Shown piece after piece: positions 39,716 through 48,429 of a stretch of DNA of 64,000 bases. Source of the DNA: Candidatus Woesearchaeota archaeon (GTDB taxonomy: Archaea > Nanobdellota > Nanobdellia > Woesearchaeales > GW2011-AR15). A model generated the notes under the pieces. That model ran no database searches. It had not been told where the DNA came from and worked only from the letters and a program-made list of their open reading frames with translations. Within the stretch, counting starts at the first letter, position 1; each line of letters opens with the position of its first letter. The position numbers and the translations under genes are program-made. The stretch lies in contig JAFGRO010000029.1 in the NCBI GenBank assembly GCA_016935095.1, positions 7,313 through 71,312 of the forward strand. Reading direction: 5' to 3'.

Positions 39716-40867
39716 TTGAACAGGATTCTTTTTCCAGTGGTTATTGACGACACTGTTAATAGATTAACTGAACTGGACCCAGGTTTAACATTATGTCATA
39801 ATGGCGGTTCAGTATTTACAAGCGGTGAATTTTGCCCGGAATTTCCTGATAATATTGAAGGCAGTATTGCCTATATTCTCGCATCAGGTATAGGTAATTT
39901 AACCCCGCAGGACCTTTATATGAAAGCAGCTATTCTTGCAGATGGTGCAAAAACATATGGTGCAGAAAAAGTTGTTTTTATAGCTCCTGACCTTTATTTT
40001 TCAAGGGCAGATCAAAAAAAGAAAAGAAGATCTATAACAGCAAGGTTAGTAGCTGATTTTTTAAAAACTGCTGGTGTTGACCAGATAATCACAACCCATC
40101 TTCATTCTGATGAAGTTGCTGGCTTCTATAGAGACACATTTGAAAATAATTTAGAACATATAATGATTAACTTAGATTCAAAAAGAATATTTGCGCATCA
40201 TTTTTATAAGAGTCTTCAGCAAAGGGACTATAAGGGAACCGGAAAAGATATTACTCTTGTCATACCTGATTTAGGTGCAGAAGAAGAAGGGCTTGAGTTT
40301 GTTGAACTACTAAGGTCATATGGGTTAACGGATATAAGTTATATTATATGTCAAAAAGAAAGAGCTAAGCCAAATGACCCTGATTGTATTTCTTCCCGTG
40401 TTTACAAAATATCTGATAATTTTGACGGAACTATAGATGATAAATTATTGCTTGGATTTGATGATATTGGAGATACCCTTGGCACGATAATTAATGCAAT
40501 AAAAGCTGTCTGTAAGAAATATAATTCCTGTCCTGAAACTGTACTGTTCTATTTAACTCATTTAGTCCTGGCTGGTGAATCAACAGAATATATTTCAAGA
40601 TATGGCATTAATATCATTGGCTCTAATTCACGCTCAGATATTATTACAAGAGAAGGTGAATGGACAAATAATGTTGGATTAATAGATTTCACGCAATATT
40701 GGTATATGGCTATGATACAATTTGGAGAGAAGTATATCCCTGCTTCCCAAGTCCTTGAAGAATATAAGGGTGATAAGATAGGTGGATTATATAAAGTCAT
40801 AAGAGAACCTGCAATGGTAAAATTTAATGCAAAAAAATTTACAGAAGACCTAGATTTAAAAATCTAG
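39716..40867 (+). CDS. Divergent ribose-phosphate pyrophosphokinase-family protein
   Basis: F.SGE, YFSRADQ, HLHS, PDLGA, K.R, DDIGDTLGT, TH. Confidence 0.75.
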   Translation: MNRILFPVVIDDTVNRLTELDPGLTLCHNGGSVFTSGEFCPEFPDNIEGSIAYILASGIGNLTPQDLYMKAAILADGAKTYGAEKVVFIAPDLYFSRADQKKKRRSITARLVADFLKTAGVDQIITTHLHSDEVAGFYRDTFENNLEHIMINLDSKRIFAHHFYKSLQQRDYKGTGKDITLVIPDLGAEEEGLEFVELLRSYGLTDISYIICQKERAKPNDPDCISSRVYKISDNFDGTIDDKLLLGFDDIGDTLGTIINAIKAVCKKYNSCPETVLFYLTHLVLAGESTEYISRYGINIIGSNSRSDIITREGEWTNNVGLIDFTQYWYMAMIQFGEKYIPASQVLEEYKGDKIGGLYKVIREPAMVKFNAKKFTEDLDLKI

Positions 40868-42441
40868 TACTTTCCCAACCCCAGCTGACCTTTTCTCTTT
40901 CCTTTTGGGATTTCTTCTTTTTCAATATCAATGCCGACTTCTTTTTTTATTTTAAGAGCAGTGCCTCTTCCAATCAGCTGTGATAATTTCATCAAGTCTG
41001 TGTTCTTAATATCGCCAATATCTTTTATTCCGTTTCTGAACAGTTTTCTTGCACGGACTCTGCCGATGCCTTTTATTCTCACTAATGGAATCAGTTCTTC
41101 TTTTATACCGTGCTTTAACCTGAACCTGGTTTTTTTGATTGTCCTGACAATATCCCTGAACTGCAGTAATTTAGCAAGCTCTTCTGATGCATAAAGTATC
41201 CAGTCTGCATTGCCTTTTTTATAATTGAATTCACCTGGCCTGACAGAATATCTCTCTAAAAGAAACTCTTCATCTTTTTCCTCAAGCCATTCATTAAGTA
41301 CAATGGCAGTTTTAGTTGCATTCAGGAATTCATCATATTCAGGCTCATAAACAGAGGGTTCAAGCACAATCAATTGAGATGAATGCTCAGAAAGCTCTTC
41401 TTCAATTTCATTTATCTCTTTTGTTCTCACGCGAAAGTAAGGCCTTAATTCAATTGTGTTTGCAATCATATGCAAAAATGAAAATTCATTCACCATTACC
41501 TGGGTTGCTCGCCTCATGCATGTAATTATGAAATTTGCTGTAAGAGGGTCAATATAAAGCTGTGAAACTCTCATGCCGAGTTTTGTTGCCTCAAGTTTTA
41601 TTTCAGAGAACTCATCTGCAGATATGAATTCCGAGCTGTTATTTATTGAACTTGTCTTAATAAATTCCCATTCATCTAACTTATCGATAATTTTTGAGAT
41701 TATCATGTCAATCTCATTAATGTCTTTGTAATGATGAGCATAAAATGTTCTTTCAAAAAACTCTAAAAGCTGTTGTTTTGTCCTTACAAAATTTGTTGCA
41801 ACAAGGCTTAAAACATATGTCCTTAAAACTGGCTCAACAGCCAGTTTTGAAAGGATAGGCTCCGGCTCTCCTAAAAGAAACCTCTGCAAAACAGTCTCTT
41901 TTTCAGCATCATCCGAGACAATGCAGATTGCCTCTCCGAATTTGTCATTGAAATCCGGGCGGCCTGCTCTCCCTATGCATTGATGGTATTCTAAAGTAGG
42001 AATCCATTCCATGCCCCACCTGCCGCCATACCTTTTCAGGTCTTTCATGATTGCACGGAACGCCGGAAGGTTGAGGCCGAAAGCCAAAGTAGGAGTGCAG
42101 CAGATTATCTTAACTAAGCCCGCCCTGAAATTATCTTCAATTAATTTTCTTTGCTGATGAGCCAATCCGGAATGATGAAACGCAATGCCTTTTTTTAAGC
42201 ATAAAGCAAGCCTCTTGCATTGTTTTGTCGGTGTTGTAAGAGCATGAAGCGCATGATTAGCCATTTCATTTAATTTTTCATTGTTTGTCTTTACCTTCAA
42301 AGAAATTTTTTCAGCAGTTGCCTCTGCAGTCCGTTTTGTATTGCAGAAAACCAATGCCTGTTTGCCGATATTGATTGTATCCAATGCAAGATTCAAAGCA
42401 GGCAGGTCTGTCAATTCATTAATTTTAATAGATGTTTTCAT
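40864..42441 (-). CDS. hel308: Hel308/Ski2-like helicase, C-terminal part only (no first RecA domain)
   Basis: QALVFCNTKR, FHHSGL, TPTLAFGLNLPA, QCIGRAGRP, HhH GIGRVRARKL; Walker A and DExH absent. Confidence 0.85.
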   Translation of the reverse strand: MKTSIKINELTDLPALNLALDTINIGKQALVFCNTKRTAEATAEKISLKVKTNNEKLNEMANHALHALTTPTKQCKRLALCLKKGIAFHHSGLAHQQRKLIEDNFRAGLVKIICCTPTLAFGLNLPAFRAIMKDLKRYGGRWGMEWIPTLEYHQCIGRAGRPDFNDKFGEAICIVSDDAEKETVLQRFLLGEPEPILSKLAVEPVLRTYVLSLVATNFVRTKQQLLEFFERTFYAHHYKDINEIDMIISKIIDKLDEWEFIKTSSINNSSEFISADEFSEIKLEATKLGMRVSQLYIDPLTANFIITCMRRATQVMVNEFSFLHMIANTIELRPYFRVRTKEINEIEEELSEHSSQLIVLEPSVYEPEYDEFLNATKTAIVLNEWLEEKDEEFLLERYSVRPGEFNYKKGNADWILYASEELAKLLQFRDIVRTIKKTRFRLKHGIKEELIPLVRIKGIGRVRARKLFRNGIKDIGDIKNTDLMKLSQLIGRGTALKIKKEVGIDIEKEEIPKGKRKGQLGLGKY

Positions 42442-42479
42442 CAGGATATAAGAAAAATGAATTAATTTAAATTAATAAC

Positions 42480-43325
42480 CTAATTACTCAATGTCTTGTC
42501 TTTTCCCAATAACCTGCAAGAATCAATCATAAATTCCTTAAATGGCTTTTGCTGTTTCCACAAGGGCCATAATTTTACAGCTAGCTGCTTATGATTTTCT
42601 TTTTTATAATAATCCAGTGAAAATTTAATATCAGAGAACAGGGTTCTTATTCCCGGATAGGTCAATAAAACAAAGTTAACCAGGACTTCAGACAAATTGT
42701 TATCAAAATCATCATATCTCTCTTTAAAGAATCTGGTTGTATAATTCCTGAAGATTATATGAAAAAGCTCACGTGCAATCACATAATTGCTGATTTTGTC
42801 CAGCCTGGACTGGATTATGATAAAATTCTTTGATGAATTGTGAATCCCGCCATTGCAAACCAGGCTTAAATAACAAGTATATAAATGAGACTGCCATTTA
42901 AAATTCAATAGAGTTTCGATTCCTGCAAAGTACCTGGCATGTATTTTTGACCAGTTATTCTGCATCCTGATTTCTGAATTATCTAAAATAAGTTTATGTT
43001 TTTCATATGCTTTTTTAATTAATAAAAGAGCTTTTCCTTTTAATTCAGATTTTAAATAGCCATTATTTAGTTTAAACCCGAGCAATTGCGTCCAGTCTTT
43101 GGTAAGCTTATTGTTTTTTAACCCGAGCTTAAGAGCATAAAGCTCCTGCTTCGGCTCTTTCACAAATAATAATTCAGATGTGTGTCTTTTTAAATCAAGG
43201 TCCTTTCTTGATCCTCTTTTCCCTCTAAAAAAATCCAGTTCATCAATTTCAAGGCCGCATTTCTTGCAGAAGATTTCCCCAGAAGATCTAATTATTTCTT
43301 CAGAACCGCAGTCAGGGCATTTCAT
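42480..43325 (-). CDS. TFIIB-type zinc ribbon fused to a degenerate zincin-like domain
   Basis: CPDCGS...GEIFCKKCG; IARELFH...E where HExxH would be expected. Confidence 0.6.
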   Translation of the reverse strand: MKCPDCGSEEIIRSSGEIFCKKCGLEIDELDFFRGKRGSRKDLDLKRHTSELLFVKEPKQELYALKLGLKNNKLTKDWTQLLGFKLNNGYLKSELKGKALLLIKKAYEKHKLILDNSEIRMQNNWSKIHARYFAGIETLLNFKWQSHLYTCYLSLVCNGGIHNSSKNFIIIQSRLDKISNYVIARELFHIIFRNYTTRFFKERYDDFDNNLSEVLVNFVLLTYPGIRTLFSDIKFSLDYYKKENHKQLAVKLWPLWKQQKPFKEFMIDSCRLLGKDKTLSN

Positions 43326-43399
43326 AGAAGCAAAAGAAAATATAGGGTATTATTAAAGATGAGGGAAAAAATAATAAAATTATGATAAGATTTAATAAT

Positions 43400-44050
43400 G
43401 AAATAAGGGGACGCCCTTTATACTCCCCTTCCGCCTTCACTACTCTGCGACTTTTAAAAAGTACGTAGTATCTTGTTCGGCGGTAAAAGAAAAAATATTT
43501 TTCTGGACATCATTAATTACTTTCACTTCATGGTGCATCTCTTGGCTTAATATATAATCATCTGCTTCATTCATGTCTTTTTTTCCTGTAGACTCATGAT
43601 GTTCATATCCTGACCAAAAACTACCTCCAGAATATCGTTTTCGAAAATTTGGATGCTTTTCAAATATCCTTTTGGATGATCTTGATTTGAGCATTATCTC
43701 AGCATTCATTATTGAATATTTTTTTGGAATATTCACTCTGAAATGCGTGTGATTTCCTCCAAATCCTATAGGTCCAAATTCAAAACCATTTCTCTCAAAT
43801 TCTCGAAAAGCTGCTACACACGTGTTCATAACTGATTGCTTTCGCAAGCAGTTATAGCGGCACTTACAAACAAACATCATAGTAATCCAATTATTTCTAG
43901 TGTCTTTATTCATTAAACTCACCTCAGAAAGATTTTTATGGTTATATCTATTGATAAATATCTGCAATAAGCGAATCATATCTTGCTCGGCAGGTTACCT
44001 AATGACCATTAACGCTATACGAATAGTGTCCAAATGGTGGCTCGTCGATT
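43400..44050 (-). mobile_element. IS200-type insertion sequence (tnpA only), boundaries approximate
   Basis: tnpA flanked by subterminal hairpins at about 43405-43430 (AAGGGGA...TCCCCTT) and 44005-44038 (ACCATT...AATGGT). Confidence 0.7.
43440..43913 (-). CDS. tnpA: IS200/IS605 family Y1 transposase
   Basis: HUH motif NHTHF, LKSRSS, FWS.Y, catalytic YILSQ; GAGGTG SD 6 nt before the ATG at 43913. Confidence 0.92.
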   Translation of the reverse strand: MNKDTRNNWITMMFVCKCRYNCLRKQSVMNTCVAAFREFERNGFEFGPIGFGGNHTHFRVNIPKKYSIMNAEIMLKSRSSKRIFEKHPNFRKRYSGGSFWSGYEHHESTGKKDMNEADDYILSQEMHHEVKVINDVQKNIFSFTAEQDTTYFLKVAE

Positions 44051-44169
44051 TTGGTTCGCTTATTTGCTTTATCTAAGCATAACCCACATAGAATTCTGTT
44101 TTTGTCTGAGAAAAACCTTTCGGTTTTTCTGTACCATTTCATCTGCGGGTCTTTCAGACCTCGCAGTAT

Positions 44170-44413
44170 TCATGACACGAAAATAAGATCTATTTCCAAG
44201 AAATTAAGTAAAGATGTTGTAAATGGATTAATTAAGAGCGGACTTAGAGCTACTTGTCTCATTTGTAGAAGAAAAGAAAAAAACTGGAATGATATTTATT
44301 GTATAAGTGTTCGTGGATTTAATATGTTAAGAAGGTGGATTAAGCATATTGGCTCGAATAATCCGAAAAATATTAGAAAATTTAAGCTGGTGGAATCGGG
44401 CGTTAATAAATAA
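44170..44413 (+). pseudogene. C-terminal fragment of a LAGLIDADG-like endonuclease domain
   Basis: IRSISKKL..DV...L...G...Y.I.V.G...L.RW...IG..NPK pattern; no LAGLIDADG helix or credible start; ends at the tRNA-Ile 3' end. Confidence 0.55.
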
Positions 44414-44414
44414 C

Positions 44415-44534
44415 TGGGCCCGATGAGATTTGAATTCGTGAATCCAAAGGATTTCTCACGACCGCCCGATTATCAGTCTCGCCCTCAAAATTTAATTTTG
44501 AAACGGGCGCTCCACCAGACTAAGCTACGGGCCC
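44415..44534 (-). tRNA. tRNA-Ile(GAU) with introns at 30/31 (44478-44503) and 53/54 (44435-44454)
   Basis: GGGCCCG/CGGGCCC acceptor; both insertions bounded by BHB motifs (CGCC/GGCG, CGTG/CACG); removal gives a standard cloverleaf. Confidence 0.93.
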
Positions 44535-44602
44535 ATCTTATTCTTGGAATTAGAATATTATTTAAAAAGTTAACGAAAAAACTATAAAAAATAAAAGAAA
44601 AG

Positions 44603-44735
44603 CGCCCCGGACCAGACTCGAACTGGTGACCTCATGATCTCCGCGTTACACTTGTGCGCATTTGCACTTCGTGAAATGTAACAGTCATGCGCTCTACCTG
44701 TTGCTCCGTGCTTTACACGTCTAAGCTACCGAGGC
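44603..44735 (-). tRNA. tRNA-Asn(GUU) with introns at 15/16 (44701-44720) and 37/38 (44639-44678)
   Basis: GCCTCGG/CCGGGGC acceptor, G73; BHB helices GCTT/GAGC and CTGT/GCGG. Confidence 0.93.
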
Positions 44736-44841
44736 ATCAATAAATTTTTTTAGCTGAAGTAGAGTTGTAATAATAGGACTTTCAAGAAATTTATAAAACT
44801 TTCTGTATAGTCGAGGAATATAAAAACAAATCAAATAATTT

Positions 44842-45285
44842 TCAGGAAAGTTTAAAATAAATCAAATCTCCTTTGTTAATATGATTTTTCTCAGTAAAAT
44901 TTGCAACTACTTCAATTACATATAGTGAATCATTATCAGGATAATACACTTCACATGATTCTGATTTACAGGGAGCAAGGTCTTTTTCAATATGAATTAT
45001 TCTTTTATCTTCATTTAACCAGATTATATCAATAGGGAAATTCATGTTCTTCATCCAGAACCCATATTCATCAGGCTCTTCAAAAACAAAGAGCATTCCC
45101 TTGTTTTCTTCTAAAGTTTTCCTGTACATCAAGCCCTGTTCCCTTTCTTCAGGGGAATCCTTTACCTCGGCATCAATGCAGATGTTATTTTTAAAACAGA
45201 TTTTTTTAATATTAGTGCATGATACTAAAATCAAAAGCATGAGAATTAATAATTGAAATTTCATACACAGATTTATGCTTCGCAA
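44842..45285 (-). CDS. DUF192 family lipoprotein
   Basis: GLMYR, GMLFVF, FWMKNM.FPIDIIW, YVIEV. Confidence 0.92.
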   Translation of the reverse strand: MRSINLCMKFQLLILMLLILVSCTNIKKICFKNNICIDAEVKDSPEEREQGLMYRKTLEENKGMLFVFEEPDEYGFWMKNMNFPIDIIWLNEDKRIIHIEKDLAPCKSESCEVYYPDNDSLYVIEVVANFTEKNHINKGDLIYFKLS

Positions 45286-45359
45286 TTTTAAATAATTATT
45301 CTTTTTCGTAGCAGGCTATAATCGAAAGATTTATATTGTAAACAAGTATTAAAAGACCA

Positions 45360-45749
45360 ATGGAAAACAAAGACAAATTCTATGTGTTTATATTTATAGG
45401 GTTATTTTCGATTATATTAATTTACATGGGAAGCTCAATCACAGGCTGGCTTATACAGTCAATGTATTGCAATGATGAGGGATGCACTAACTTCTGCAGG
45501 ATTAACCAGGACTGCTCTATTGATGAAGTCTGCTGTCAGGCAGAAAACACAGGAATATGCAAGTTAAAAACAGAATGCACTCAATTGTATAAGCCGAGCT
45601 TTGAATCAGGGGTTGAGATTGATGTTGATATAAATGCCCCTGTTGTTGAGCAACCAGGCAAAATAACCGAGCCGTGGATTTATTTAGTCCTTATCATGCT
45701 TGTTCTGGCAATAGGCATTGTTTGTTTTCTTAGAAAAAAGAAAAAATAA
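45360..45749 (+). CDS. Cys-rich membrane-anchored surface protein
   Basis: N-terminal TM + ITG motif, 8 Cys, C-terminal TM and basic tail. Confidence 0.7.
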   Translation: MENKDKFYVFIFIGLFSIILIYMGSSITGWLIQSMYCNDEGCTNFCRINQDCSIDEVCCQAENTGICKLKTECTQLYKPSFESGVEIDVDINAPVVEQPGKITEPWIYLVLIMLVLAIGIVCFLRKKKK

Positions 45750-45750
45750 A

Positions 45751-45847
45751 TACGGTAGCCGGGGCTCGAACCCGGGTCACGACCTTTCTTCAATAATATG
45801 GGAGGGTCGGGTCTTTTAGTGTCAAGATACCACTGGACCACTACCGT
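45751..45847 (-). tRNA. tRNA-Gly(CCC) with introns at 20/21 (45816-45828) and 37/38 (45786-45798)
   Basis: ACGGTAG/CTACCGT acceptor, A73; CGACC/GGTCG anticodon stem; 71-nt mature form. Confidence 0.88.
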
Positions 45848-45893
45848 GTAAAGCAAAGGAATAAAATCTGTTTTAAATAGTTTTAGAATTATT

Positions 45894-46046
45894 TAAGTAG
45901 TCCGAACAAAAAAGAATTAAACGCGCCTGAGAAGGTTTGAACTAAGCCTTTAAAAAAGCCTTAAGGGAAACACATTAAGGACTACGTTAACCTTCGGTTA
46001 AGTAGTCCGAATAAAATGTAAAAACGCGCCTGATGAGATTCGAACT
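45894..46046. repeat. Degenerate direct repeat of the tRNA-Arg 3' end plus trailer, overlapping a hairpin
   Basis: TAAGTAGTCCGAA...AAACGCGCCTGA...GAACT at about 45894-45943 and 45999-46046; hairpin GGACTAC(G)TTAACC-TTC-GGTTAAGTAGTCC at 45979-46008. Confidence 0.7.
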
Positions 46047-46128
46047 CACGACCTATTGCTCTCTTCTTTTGAATAGGAGGTTCGACAAGTTTGTTTCAAT
46101 CGCTCTATCCAAACTGAGCTACAGGCGC
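46025..46128 (-). tRNA. tRNA-Arg(CCU) with introns at 30/31 (46081-46096) and 37/38 (46061-46073)
   Basis: GCGCCTG/CAGGCGC acceptor, A20, G73; ATTGC/GCAAT stem restored by splicing. Confidence 0.9.
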
Positions 46129-46143
46129 ACGTCAAAGCTTTCT

Positions 46144-46213
46144 AAGCCTCAGCTAACTCTCTTCATCCCATTAAGGGACTACTCCAAGGGCTCTTCATCG
46201 GCTGGTTAGGCTT
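46144..46213 (-). ncRNA. Candidate box C/D methylation-guide sRNA
   Basis: C-like CGATGA, D'-like TGGA, C'-like GGATGA, D box CTGA, terminal AAGCC/GGCTT stem, BRE-TATA about 25 nt upstream. Confidence 0.65.
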
Positions 46214-46291
46214 AATTTAAGGTTGAAACTTAATTCATTTAATAAGTTTTCTAGTAAAATATAAATAATAGTGAATTTATAAAATGTACAG

Positions 46292-47029
46292 GTGTTCAGT
46301 TTGGAGAGCTTTATAAGGGCGTCAGATATAATGTCAAAAAAGGTTTTTGTAGTTGATGCTAACTCCTCGGTTCTTGAAGCTGCAAAATTAATGACTAAAT
46401 ACAAAACCAGTTGTCTTATTACTATGAACAAGACCAAGCCTGCAGGTATTATTACTGAAAATGACATAACAAAATTCGCTTCAAGCAATAAAAATTCAGA
46501 ACAGGAGAAAATTTCATCAATCCTGTCTTCTCCTATTGTCATTGCAGAAGGAGATAACTCATTTTTTGAGGTTCTCAGCCTGATGAAGAAAAAAAAGTTA
46601 AAGAGAATCCCCATTGTTAAAAAAAACATGATTGTGGGCATAATCACTGAAACTGAGATTATAAAAGGCATAGTCTATATTAACCAAATCCTGAACAAAA
46701 CTCTCAGGGAAGGATATATCACTCCTGACCAGCATAAGAAGGGTGAAGAAGAGATTCTGAGGCATGTATTGGAAGAGGGACTGAGAAGAGAGCCGCCCTG
46801 GGTCAAAAAGGAAATTGATTTATTGAGAAGGATATATGAAGAGCAGGAAGAAGTAATTAAAAAAATCTCAAAATCAACCAGAAAATATTCCCTTACAGAA
46901 TGGAGAATGAACATATGGACTGAATGCAAATACAAAAAGGAGAAAATGAAAAATAATGAAATAATTTATATGTGCGATAAGTTAAATGGTTTCTGTGTCT
47001 ATAAAAACTGCCCTCTGAATAAAGGATGA
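46292..47029 (+). CDS. CBS-domain protein with C-terminal Cys cluster (true start probably 46313 or 46331)
   Basis: DIMSKKV...GIITENDI and RIPIV...GIITETEI CBS pair; C...C....C....CP tail. Confidence 0.85.
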   Translation: MFSLESFIRASDIMSKKVFVVDANSSVLEAAKLMTKYKTSCLITMNKTKPAGIITENDITKFASSNKNSEQEKISSILSSPIVIAEGDNSFFEVLSLMKKKKLKRIPIVKKNMIVGIITETEIIKGIVYINQILNKTLREGYITPDQHKKGEEEILRHVLEEGLRREPPWVKKEIDLLRRIYEEQEEVIKKISKSTRKYSLTEWRMNIWTECKYKKEKMKNNEIIYMCDKLNGFCVYKNCPLNKG

Positions 47030-47055
47030 TTGCGGGCGAAAAATTCAATAATAGT

Positions 47056-48267
47056 TTACAGTTTTAATGCCCAGTCATAGAAATCATCCATTGTATCAAA
47101 TTCTGTAAATCCTTTTTCATCGACTGCCCCAAGTATTACTCTATATTTAGCAGGATAATTCCAGGCTCCAAAAAAATTAACAAACCAATTCCTGAATTTA
47201 TTTCTCCTTTCATTATAATTAATTTCTGTAATCACCAAATCTCTTTTATAATTGTTCTGGTCATATATGACAAACTCATTGTCAAATTTGCATAGCGTTG
47301 TTATGTGTGCAGGAATCAACAGATTATAACACTTTATGTCAGGATCATAATTTTTAAGAAGTGAAAGAAACGCAGTTGCCCAGTCCTCACAGTCAACCTG
47401 CAGTGTATCAAGTGTTTCATTAGGGTAACGGAAATATTCTTTTGATTTTGCAGATGTCGCATCATAAATATACATTTTGGCACTCATCATTTTATGAATT
47501 TTTGCAATTGCGTCATCATAATCATCGGGAAGGTTGATTTTTTCATTATAGAACCCTACATCCTGAGGCCTGATATAATTTGTGATTGCATAATCTGTTG
47601 CTCTTCTCGGGTTATATGAAAAATTATATTCATGCCATTGTCCTGTGAAATTACTTACATTACCTGTGAAATACCAGCAAAATTCATCACTGATCATTCC
47701 TGCATGTTCACAGCCTGTTATTATACCCTGAACACAGAAAACATCATTCTCATGGTCTGTAATAACAGTAGCACCTTCAAATTCAAATTCACCCGGCTTT
47801 GACTTATCTGTCTGGTAAGCTTTGTAATCATCCAATGAAAGAGTATATTCACTTTCTATTAAAATGCGTGAATACATATCATTTAATTTAAATGTGCCAT
47901 TTATTTTACAACCATATTTTTTATCTCTAATTGAAAAAGTGAATTCTTCTGGAGGAGTTTCGCAGTCATCCGGACAATCTGCATATGTCTCGTTCTCTTC
48001 ACAGATACTATTGCCACAACAGGGAACGATGTCTTTGTATATGCATTTATAACCGGTTTTTTCAGAACATGATGCAGTCATGCATTTTTCATTTACACAG
48101 TTTTCAGGACATTTCCCAGCTGGTTTTGCATCGTTAATATATTTTTCATCATTATTTTCAGGGATATTTGTTTTTTCAATAGATTTATCAGATGATTGAT
48201 TATGATTAATGCAGGAAACGACTAGTATAAGAAAAACAAATGCCAGGATTATTTTAACAGGTTTCAT
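47056..48267 (-). CDS. Transglutaminase-like cysteine-protease domain lipoprotein
   Basis: Lipobox VVSC, CGNSICE Cys-rich repeat, DCEDWA...H...D triad. Confidence 0.75.
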   Translation of the reverse strand: MKPVKIILAFVFLILVVSCINHNQSSDKSIEKTNIPENNDEKYINDAKPAGKCPENCVNEKCMTASCSEKTGYKCIYKDIVPCCGNSICEENETYADCPDDCETPPEEFTFSIRDKKYGCKINGTFKLNDMYSRILIESEYTLSLDDYKAYQTDKSKPGEFEFEGATVITDHENDVFCVQGIITGCEHAGMISDEFCWYFTGNVSNFTGQWHEYNFSYNPRRATDYAITNYIRPQDVGFYNEKINLPDDYDDAIAKIHKMMSAKMYIYDATSAKSKEYFRYPNETLDTLQVDCEDWATAFLSLLKNYDPDIKCYNLLIPAHITTLCKFDNEFVIYDQNNYKRDLVITEINYNERRNKFRNWFVNFFGAWNYPAKYRVILGAVDEKGFTEFDTMDDFYDWALKL

Positions 48268-48429
48268 TAAAACAAGGTAATGATAATTTATATTTAAATA
48301 ATTCACTGCATCAAATTCAATTATTCTCCTGCTTACATCATGGATTAATACATCATAGTTTTCTATTTCAAGGTCTCTGATAGTGAAAAAACAAAAATTT
48401 TAAATAGTTTATCTGAGTTATACTATTTT

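Noticed and set aside
43326-43440. tnpB or omega-RNA beside tnpA
   Set aside because: No room or RuvC motifs; the element is tnpA-only
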